DNA of 64,000 bases from Verrucomicrobiota bacterium (GTDB lineage Bacteria; Verrucomicrobiota; Verrucomicrobiia; Limisphaerales; SXTU01). Under the pieces are notes generated by a model. The model saw nothing but the letters and a program-made list of their open reading frames with translations, searched no databases and was not told the origin of the DNA. The position numbers and the translations under genes are program-made. Location: positions 6,913-70,912 of the forward strand of contig VHDH01000006.1 in NCBI GenBank assembly GCA_016871445.1. The letters run 5' to 3'. Every line of letters begins with the position of its first letter. Position 1 is the stretch's first letter. This document shows, in pieces, positions 56,040 to 64,000 of this stretch.

Positions 56040-57221
56040 TCAGGCCCGCGCCCACGCGAGGATGCGCTTGTGCGCGGCAGTGAAGGGAAGTTGATGCAAT
56101 TCCTCAAGCGAGCGCCAATGAAGCTTGCGGGCCGAGTGCGGCAGCCGCTTGGGTATGACCCGGAAGACGCGCTGTGTGATGCGATACCGGGTGATGGAGT
56201 GAGTGACTTCGCCGCACGGTTGGCAACGGGAAGTGATTTGTAGAAGCTGCTTAAGACAAACCGCCGGCGAACTGTCCCAGCTCGCAATTTCCAGGTTTGG
56301 AAATTCCCACAGGCCGGCGTTGACCGCTCCGACAGGACGCTGGGCAACGAGAAGCTTTCCGGCATGCTCAACAACAAACGAATAAAACTTACGACGCGTC
56401 GCAACAACACGCGGGGCGATATTCGGCAATTCTGCGATGCGGTTCTCACGGTGTGCGGCGCAATGCGTTCGCACTGGGCAACGCGGACACTGCGGGTTTG
56501 CCGGTGTGCAGACAGTCGCGCCAAGTTCCATGAGGGATTGGTTCAGGGCCGAGTGGGGACCAGAGAAAATAAGTGAGGACCGTTTTTTTATTAGTGCGGA
56601 GTGCAATCGTGCGCTTTCAACCAGTCGTCCTGCGAGTTGCCACAGGCCTTCGTTAGTCGCTTTCTCACGCGGATTTTCGGCAATGGCGAAGAGGCGGGTT
56701 AGGACGCGCATGACGTTGCCGTCCAGAATGGGGGCGGGTTGGTTGAAGGCGATACTGGCAATCGCGCCCGCCGTATAACGGCCCACGCCGGGAAGTTTTA
56801 GTAGAGCGGCGAGGTCACGCGGAAAAATGCCAGCGTGAACTCGGAGGACGTGCTGCGCAGCTCTCTGGAGATTACGGACGCGCGTGTAGTAACCGAGTCC
56901 CTCCCAGAGCTTCAGCAGCCGTTGCTCGTGCGCGCCGGCGAGCGCGACCAAGTCAGGCAGTTCGCGCAGCCAGCGTTCCCAGTAAGGGATAACGGTTTTC
57001 ACCTGCGTTTGCTGGAGCATAATTTCACTTACCCAAATCGCGTAAGGGTCGAGTGTTCGACGCCAAGGCAGGTCACGAGCGGCGTTGACGAACCAGGCTA
57101 GCAACGAGGGAACCAAAGAAGGCGGAAGATCAAATGCGGAATGCGGAAATACAGAAAAAACATGGGGCCCCGGGTGTTTGGCAGCCCGAACCTTGAGTTT
57201 TGACCTTAACTTGCGCGGCAC
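56040..57221 (-). CDS. mutY: A/G-specific adenine DNA glycosylase
   Basis: DLPWRRTLDPYAIWVSEIMLQQTQVKTV, LPGVGRYTAGAI (HhH-GPD), the 4Fe-4S loop CTPANPQCPRCPVRTHC, and a C-terminal NUDIX-like domain. The N-terminal ~45 aa are basic and the true start could lie further in. Confidence 0.92.
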   Translation of the reverse strand: MPRKLRSKLKVRAAKHPGPHVFSVFPHSAFDLPPSLVPSLLAWFVNAARDLPWRRTLDPYAIWVSEIMLQQTQVKTVIPYWERWLRELPDLVALAGAHEQRLLKLWEGLGYYTRVRNLQRAAQHVLRVHAGIFPRDLAALLKLPGVGRYTAGAIASIAFNQPAPILDGNVMRVLTRLFAIAENPREKATNEGLWQLAGRLVESARLHSALIKKRSSLIFSGPHSALNQSLMELGATVCTPANPQCPRCPVRTHCAAHRENRIAELPNIAPRVVATRRKFYSFVVEHAGKLLVAQRPVGAVNAGLWEFPNLEIASWDSSPAVCLKQLLQITSRCQPCGEVTHSITRYRITQRVFRVIPKRLPHSARKLHWRSLEELHQLPFTAAHKRILAWARA

Positions 57222-57239
57222 ACCGCGCAGTTTGCACTC

Positions 57240-57279
57240 GAAACCTGAAACGCCAAACCCGAAACTCAGCCCGTGAAAC
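57240..57279 (+). repeat. Heptamer-phased GAAAC array in the mutY/rnhC divergent spacer
   Basis: GAAACCT GAAACGC CAAACCC GAAACTC AGCCCGT GAAAC. Perfect GAAAC at 57240, 57247, 57261 and 57275, with CAAAC at 57254, all in 7-nt register. It ends 9 nt before the rnhC ATG at 57288. Confidence 0.8.
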
Positions 57280-57287
57280 CGCTAACG

Positions 57288-58235
57288 ATGCACACGTGCA
57301 AACTCGACGCTGCGCAGGCTGCGAAGTTGGAAGCCTATCTTCGCGAGCATGGCTTCAAGTCGCGCACGGTGCCGTACGCACGGTTCGCAGGGGAGCAAGA
57401 CAAGCTCAACATTGTGTTTTATGAAAGCGGCAAGCTTGTCGTGCAGGGCAAGGGAACGCAGGAGTTTGTCGAGTTCGTGCTGGAACCGGAGATTCTGCAG
57501 CGCGCGGAGCTGGGCTATGAGGAAGTTTTGCATCCGGAAATGCTCGTCCCACGTATCGGCGTGGATGAGTCGGGCAAAGGTGATTTCTTTGGGCCATTGT
57601 GCGTGGCGGCGGTTTATGTGAATGACACGGTTATCCGCGCATGGCAGGACGCCGGCATCCAAGACTCAAAGAACATCGGCAGTGATCGGCGCATCGCGGA
57701 GCTGGCCAAGTTGATTCGTGGGACACCGGGCTGCCACAGCGAGGTGCTGGTGCTGGGCGGAACGAATTACAACCAGCGTTACCGCGAGGAGCGCAGCCTA
57801 AACCCGCTGCTTGCGAAGGGTCACGTCAGTTCCATTCTCGCCGTGCTCGCGCCCGCACACCATTTGAACCCGCCGCCAGAGCACGCGATCATTGACCAGT
57901 TCGCCGCGACAGAAACGACAGTGGCGCGCGCGGCGAAGGCGCGCGGCTTGAAGCTGAAAGTTGTTCAACGGCACAAAGCAGAGACCGACCTCGCGGTGGC
58001 GGCAGCGTCCATCTTGGCGCGGCATGAATTCGTCACGCGGCTGGCGGAAATGGGAAAGGAATTGGGCCAAGAGCTGCCGAAGGGCGCGTCCGCCGCTGTG
58101 GATGCAGTGGCGAAACAGATCGTCGCGCAGCACGGCGTTGCAGCACTGGCGCGCGTGGCGAAAATGCACTTTCGTACTGCCCTGCGCGCACAGGGCCTGC
58201 CGGAGCCCCCTAAGGTCATGTGGCGGCAGAAGTAA
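57288..58235 (+). CDS. rnhC: Ribonuclease HIII
   Basis: N-terminal TBP-like substrate-binding domain (VFYESGKLVVQGKG), then IGVDESGKGDFFGPLCVAAVYV (DESGKG catalytic block), KDSK, LAKGH. GTG at 57273 is an alternative start. Confidence 0.9.
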   Translation: MHTCKLDAAQAAKLEAYLREHGFKSRTVPYARFAGEQDKLNIVFYESGKLVVQGKGTQEFVEFVLEPEILQRAELGYEEVLHPEMLVPRIGVDESGKGDFFGPLCVAAVYVNDTVIRAWQDAGIQDSKNIGSDRRIAELAKLIRGTPGCHSEVLVLGGTNYNQRYREERSLNPLLAKGHVSSILAVLAPAHHLNPPPEHAIIDQFAATETTVARAAKARGLKLKVVQRHKAETDLAVAAASILARHEFVTRLAEMGKELGQELPKGASAAVDAVAKQIVAQHGVAALARVAKMHFRTALRAQGLPEPPKVMWRQK

Positions 58236-58253
58236 TTTTTCGCCCTGTGATGA

Positions 58254-58646
<393 letters not shown>

Positions 58647-58860
58647 GCCGCAGATTTTTTGCAAGCCAGCACGCCGGCGAGCGTCCCCACTGACAAAAAA
58701 TACCAAAAATCCCCCAATTTAACGGGTAAATCCACCTGTGAACAACCTGCGAACAAGAGCCGATACATTGTCCTTCCCTCTGTGGAAGCGGTGGCTTACA
58801 AGAAATCGCAGTCAATGCTCTTCCAGCGGTAAGCTCTTAGAGGAAGGTTTTTCCTCTGAA

Positions 58861-58935
58861 ACTGGAAGAAATATTCTCTAAGTAACTGATATATAACTTG
58901 TTATATCGTATTCAACTAAGTAATCACAATCCAAG
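58861..58935. other. AT-rich tract upstream of dnaA: candidate DNA-unwinding element / dnaA promoter region (possible oriC component)
   Basis: This is the most AT-rich stretch I noticed in the window: gaaatattctctaagtaactgatatataacttgttatatcgtattcaactaagtaatcacaat. It holds a direct repeat CTAAGTAA (58878 and 58916) and an imperfect palindrome GATATATAAC..GTTATATC. Only weak DnaA-box-like 9-mers lie nearby (AAATCCACC at 58728, TGTGGAAGC at 58781; 6/9 each). Confidence 0.3.
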
Positions 58936-59069
58936 TGGACCGCTCCCGCCAACTACCCCCGCCGCCCGAGAAATGCATGAAAACACACGCTTTTATTGGT
59001 GTTTTCTGCCTGTAACGGAGCAGCGTGAATAAGCTGGATGGAATCGGCCTTTTGCGAAAGCCCCCGCAA

Positions 59070-60440
<1,371 letters not shown>

Positions 60441-60555
60441 TGGCAGCGGCGCGGGTTAGATTTTTCCTTTTCGGAAGGGCGGTTTCAAGCTATGAAGGTG
60501 TTTGTTGCCGTGAGCAGACCTCTGTCTACGCAGGCCCAGGTCGTTTCAGCATCCC

Positions 60556-62157
60556 ATGATTGACACCAAAATCGCCTGCCAATGTGGCAACCGATTCAAG
60601 TTCGACATGGACTTGGTCAACGGCCGCGCTCCGGACGGCATGGTTTGCCCATCCTGCGGCGCGCCGGTTACGCCTGCGTGCAACGCGCTGGTGGACTTCC
60701 TCGTGGGTAAAGTACCCCCGTCCCTCGGCACCGGCTCGCGCCCGCTTAAGGAAATCCGCGTCGTCTGCGCCTGTGGCGCGCGCTACAAGTTTGACCTCGA
60801 ACTGTCGGAGCAGGAAATGCCCGCCCCTGTAACGTGTCCCGGTTGCCAAGCGGACCTCACGGCGACTGCCAACTCGGAAATCCGCAGTTACGTCACCAAG
60901 CGCTCACTCATTGCGGAGACGCCGGCCGCACCAGCCGTTGCGGATGCCGTGCCTGCGCCTGCGCCCGCGGCGTCACCAGCGATCTTGCCAGAACCATCCC
61001 CCGTCGCGGCTTCGACCACGCCGACGCCTCTGGCCCCAGCCGCCGCCCTGCCAGTGCTGCCACCTTCGCTCGTCACCCCGGCCGCCATTGCCCCTGACTC
61101 GCCGCCTGCAGCATCCCTTGACTCGCCGCCTGCAGCCGCCGCAACACCCGACCCTAAACCGTCGCTCGACGCCACTGCAGCATCCACAACCCCGCCCACG
61201 CCCGCCACTCCCGCACCTACGGACGCAATCGCCAAACCAATTGAGGATCTCTTCAGCCAGGCCCGTGCCGTCTCTGTTGCTATGGAGGGCGCAATCGCCA
61301 AACCAATTGAGGATCCTTTTGGCCCAGCCCCGGAGGCAAAAACTTCTGGACCCAAGCTCAAGCCGCTCGAAGTTCCCCGTCCCAATCGTCCGCCGCCAGG
61401 CAGCCGTCCGGCCACACCGCCTGCAGGCAACAAGCCTGCCGTGCCCGTCGCCTCCGCTGCCTCCGCCGCTCCCGGCGCAAGGCCTGGCACCGGCAAACCC
61501 GGCATTAGGACCATCGCCAAGCCCGCAACCAAGACCGCTTCACGCGAGCCAAACTTCACCGTCGGCGTCGGCGGCGCGGTCGGCGGTGCGGTCATTGGCG
61601 CGGTTATCTGGTTCGTCCTGTTGAAAGCCACGCCGATGACCGCAGGTTGGATGGCGGTGGTAGTCGGCCTGCTTTCGGGCGGAAGCGCGCGGCTGCTGGG
61701 CCGAGGCGGCTCGCCCAAACTCAGCATTATTTCCTGTGTCAGCTCTGCGGTGGCCATCGGGCTAATGATCTGGATAGGCATGCTGCGCTTTTCCGATCGG
61801 CAGGCTGAGAAGGGGCTTGAACCACAATACCAACAGTTCGTGGCTGACGCCAAGCTAGCGATTGCAGCCGATGACAATCAACTCCGGGCCTACATTGCCC
61901 GAACGCGCCCGAGCGCCGATCTGGACGGCAACCTCATCACGCAGGCAGACATCCAAAAGTTCCGGGCTACCGAACTGCCCAAACTTAAGGAACGCGCCAC
62001 CGGCTCCGCGGCGGACAAGGCTAAGTTTTTCTCCGAGCGGATTGCCGCTTATCGCGACGCGCAGGCGTGGGACGAGGTCTGGCAAGAGACGTTTGGCATC
62101 TTCGGCCTGCTGCTGGCGCTCGTAGGCATTATTGTCCCAGCCAAGCTGGCAGGCTAA
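60556..62157 (+). CDS. Membrane protein with two N-terminal zinc-ribbon-like modules, a Pro/Ala-rich repeat linker and a C-terminal multi-span region (hypothetical)
   Basis: 533 aa. IACQCGNRFKFD...MVCPSCGAPV and VVCACGARYKFD...VTCPGCQADL are two CxCG...KFD...CPxC modules. A ~230-aa P/A/S/T-rich region follows with repeats (DSPPAAS/DSPPAAA; AIAKPIEDLF/AIAKPIEDPF). Hydrophobic spans: VGGAVGGAVIGAVIWFVLL, GWMAVVVGLLSGG, IISCVSSAVAIGLMIWIGML and a terminal FGIFGLLLALVGIIV. Confidence 0.7.
   Translation: MIDTKIACQCGNRFKFDMDLVNGRAPDGMVCPSCGAPVTPACNALVDFLVGKVPPSLGTGSRPLKEIRVVCACGARYKFDLELSEQEMPAPVTCPGCQADLTATANSEIRSYVTKRSLIAETPAAPAVADAVPAPAPAASPAILPEPSPVAASTTPTPLAPAAALPVLPPSLVTPAAIAPDSPPAASLDSPPAAAATPDPKPSLDATAASTTPPTPATPAPTDAIAKPIEDLFSQARAVSVAMEGAIAKPIEDPFGPAPEAKTSGPKLKPLEVPRPNRPPPGSRPATPPAGNKPAVPVASAASAAPGARPGTGKPGIRTIAKPATKTASREPNFTVGVGGAVGGAVIGAVIWFVLLKATPMTAGWMAVVVGLLSGGSARLLGRGGSPKLSIISCVSSAVAIGLMIWIGMLRFSDRQAEKGLEPQYQQFVADAKLAIAADDNQLRAYIARTRPSADLDGNLITQADIQKFRATELPKLKERATGSAADKAKFFSERIAAYRDAQAWDEVWQETFGIFGLLLALVGIIVPAKLAG
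61095..61315 (+). repeat. In-frame direct DNA repeats inside the Pro/Ala linker of the zinc-ribbon membrane protein
   Basis: tgactcgccgcctgcagc at 61095-61112 and again at 61119-61136 (24-nt period). gcaatcgccaaaccaattgaggatc at 61225-61249 and again at 61291-61315 (66-nt period). Both pairs are exact. Confidence 0.9.
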
Positions 62158-62209
62158 TGAAGCCCTGCTTTAGCCCATAGCATGCGGCGCGGTAACCTTA
62201 ATTGAGTCA

Positions 62210-62467
62210 TTGAATTTTCCCAACCATCTCATTGGGCAGGCAATTTTTATCCGCACTGGCGTGCCGGATTACGATGAAGTGGCCCGGCCTTTTCAGACCC
62301 TGGAAGAAATGGTGAAGCTCTGCTCTGAACCGCTCGCCGGCCTAACTTTAGAACGCGTGATCATTTACTCCATGCGTGAAGGCCAGCCTTGCGCACTAAC
62401 GCTGGGGTTTATCTCGGCCAGCAAAAGCGTTCGACCCAACAGCCTCAATTTTAACTTTAAAGACTAA
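62210..62467 (+). CDS. Hypothetical small protein (orphan ORF, TTG start)
   Basis: 85 aa: (M)NFPNHLIGQAIFIRTGVPDYDEVARPFQTLEEMVKLCSEPLAGLTLERVIIYSMREGQPCALTLGFISASKSVRPNSLNFNFKD. GC content looks lower than the neighbours. The composition looks like a real globular protein rather than an Arg/Ala/Pro-rich shadow frame, but no family is recognised and the start codon is weak. Confidence 0.4.
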   Translation: MNFPNHLIGQAIFIRTGVPDYDEVARPFQTLEEMVKLCSEPLAGLTLERVIIYSMREGQPCALTLGFISASKSVRPNSLNFNFKD

Positions 62468-62485
62468 AGGGTGACCAACCCGTTC

Positions 62486-63196
62486 TCAAAGTGCGATGTC
62501 GGTGAAAATCCGCGTCTGCGTTCGGTCCTTAAGCACTCTTGCCAGCGGGGTTCGGCCCGGTGACGCGAGCGACTGCCGTAGAGCCGCCTCTTTGCCCGCG
62601 CCGGAAGCCAGCACCCACACTTGACGCGCGGCAGCAATTGCCGGGTAACCCAGTGTGATGCGGCGCGGCGGCGGCTTGCTGGCAGTGACGGCTCGATAGA
62701 CGACGGGGGAGGAGAGCGCATCTTCAGCCTCGCCAGGGAAAAGCGAAGCGACGTGGCCGTCCTCACCCATGCCCAGCAAAACCAAGTCGAGTACCGGCTG
62801 GCCTGCTGCGTTGAGCGACGCGAAGCGGCACAACTCTGTCTGAGCTTCGCGCGCTGCGTGCTCGGGATCGTCCTCGCCTCGAATGCGATGTATGTTTTGG
62901 GGCTGCAGGCCTAGCGGCATGAAGAGCGATTCTGCCGCGCTGCGATAGTTGCTCTCTGCGTGATCTGGCGGAACGCACCGCTCATCTGCCCAGAAAAAGT
63001 GGACATGTGCGAGTGACTGTTTTCGCGTAAGGGCAATTCGGAGAACGCCGCTGAAGAAGTCTTTGGCAATGCGCCCGCCAGAAACTGCTACGTTTATGGG
63101 CACGGGGGAGGAAGCCGCCCATGCTACCATTTCGGCCGCGCCTTGCTCCGCCAAGGCGGTCGGGTTGGCACACTGCTTCAACTCCCAGTTGGACAT
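62486..63196 (-). CDS. pgl: 6-phosphogluconolactonase
   Basis: NVAVSGGRIAKDFF, HVHFFWADERCVPPDHAESNY, LDLVLLGMGEDGHVASLFPG, PPRRITL. The ORF track opens at 63274, overlapping zwf. I prefer the ATG at 63196 (MSNWELKQ). Confidence 0.9.
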   Translation of the reverse strand: MSNWELKQCANPTALAEQGAAEMVAWAASSPVPINVAVSGGRIAKDFFSGVLRIALTRKQSLAHVHFFWADERCVPPDHAESNYRSAAESLFMPLGLQPQNIHRIRGEDDPEHAAREAQTELCRFASLNAAGQPVLDLVLLGMGEDGHVASLFPGEAEDALSSPVVYRAVTASKPPPRRITLGYPAIAAARQVWVLASGAGKEAALRQSLASPGRTPLARVLKDRTQTRIFTDIAL

Positions 63197-63227
63197 TGGC
63201 GGAGAAAATTGGCGATTGCGCTGCGCG

Positions 63228-64000
63228 TCACTTCGCCGGCTGCGGGTCGCGCCAAGTGTGGCCGGAGGCGGCAATCAAGTCCTCCGCCGCCACCGGCCCC
63301 CAACTGCCGGCGGAATAAAATTCGCGGTTCGTCAGCGGTTTGTCGCTCCAGCCTTTGCGGATCGGATCCACGATGCCCCATGCTGTCTCGACCTCATCGC
63401 GACGGATGAACAACGTCGCATCACCGGCGATAGCCTCCAGCAACAATCGCTCGTAAGCTTCCGGCGTGTAGGCGCCAAACTCCGAGTCGTAACTGAAGTT
63501 CATCCGCACCGGGCGCACTTGGAGGTTCGCGCCCGGCACCTTGCCGTTAAACCGCAAGTAAATGCCCTCATTGGGCTGAAGCCGCAGCGTGATTGAGTTG
63601 GGATCGAGTTTCAGCCCGCCCTTCGCTGCAAAGAGCACGTTCGGCGTGGGCTTGAACTGGATCCGCACCTCGCTCGCAGAGAGCGGCATGGACTTGCCCG
63701 TACGCAAGAAGAACGGCACGCCGCTCCAGCGCCAATTATCGATGAAAAGCTTCAACGCGAGGTAGGTCTCGACGTTTGAATCTGTCTTAACTTTTTCCTC
63801 CTGCCGGTAGCCGTTGCGCAGCTTGCCATCTACCATGCCAGCAAAGTATTGCCCGCGCACTACCTGCTTATCTACGTCCCGCACGGGACGGATAGACTTA
63901 AGCAACTTCACTTTCTCGTCACGCACGGCCTCGGCCTCAAGAGACACCGGCGGCTCCATTGCGATGAGCGAAAGAACCTGTAGCAAGTGGTTTTGCACCA
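63228..64000 (-). CDS. zwf: Glucose-6-phosphate dehydrogenase, C-terminal ~257 aa; N-terminus beyond the right edge
   Basis: VQNHLLQVLSLIAMEPP, RGQY, YRQEEKV, ETYLALKLFIDNWRWSGVPFFLRTGK, IQFKP, PEAYERLLLEAIAGDATLFIRRDEVE are canonical Zwf C-domain blocks. The frame stays open to base 64000. Confidence 0.93.
   Translation of the reverse strand, partial: VQNHLLQVLSLIAMEPPVSLEAEAVRDEKVKLLKSIRPVRDVDKQVVRGQYFAGMVDGKLRNGYRQEEKVKTDSNVETYLALKLFIDNWRWSGVPFFLRTGKSMPLSASEVRIQFKPTPNVLFAAKGGLKLDPNSITLRLQPNEGIYLRFNGKVPGANLQVRPVRMNFSYDSEFGAYTPEAYERLLLEAIAGDATLFIRRDEVETAWGIVDPIRKGWSDKPLTNREFYSAGSWGPVAAEDLIAASGHTWRDPQPAK

Noticed and set aside
60888-61877. 329-aa minus-strand ORF, plus the 237-aa plus-strand alternate frame (60911..61624), within the zinc-ribbon membrane protein gene
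   Set aside because: Both arise from the GC-rich Pro/Ala-coding repeat region. The translations are Gly/Ala/Ser or Pro/Arg low-complexity strings with no start context. The annotated frame alone gives the zinc ribbons and TM helices.

Overview
GC-rich, gene-dense 64-kb chromosomal segment with about 59 protein genes and one tRNA. I saw no rRNA, CRISPR array, transposase, integrase, phage gene or recognisable defence system. The family content points to the PVC superphylum, probably a verrucomicrobium-like organism. Supporting this are a PVC-type heme-binding 'membrane-bound dehydrogenase' protein, DUF1501, a planctomycete-type CXXCH domain, three secreted PQQ-like beta-propellers, and frequent GTG/TTG starts. 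The housekeeping backbone is pepP (partial), ispF, nifS-like, comEC, tRNA-Ala(GGC), hisB, gyrB-gyrA, psd, ptsH, gatC-gatA, thiL-tsaE-tsaB, slyX, tig, dprA, coaE-lpxK-lpxL-waaF, mutY, rnhC, glnB, dnaA and pgl-zwf (partial). No clearly new multi-gene system is evident. The candidates most worth follow-up are: (1) an orphan Dop/PafA-family (pupylation-type) enzyme directly behind ispF, with no Pup, unfoldase or proteasome gene in the window; (2) a single 736-aa fusion of a DUF455 ferritin-like diiron domain to an ATP-grasp ligase; (3) a five-gene, translationally coupled ECF-sigma operon ending in a CXXCH-heme plus PHM/DBH-like copper monooxygenase-fold protein, preceded by a split 1-Cys redoxin; (4) a MarR-controlled operon of two secreted PQQ-like propellers plus a cytoplasmic PaaK-like adenylating enzyme; (5) an FHA-GAF-cyclase protein whose cyclase catalytic residues look degenerate; (6) a double zinc-ribbon, Pro/Ala-repeat membrane protein in the position after dnaA where dnaN usually sits. 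I also note several small DNA repeats, including two heptamer-phased arrays. All functional calls come from by-eye motif recognition in the supplied translations, and no database search was run.
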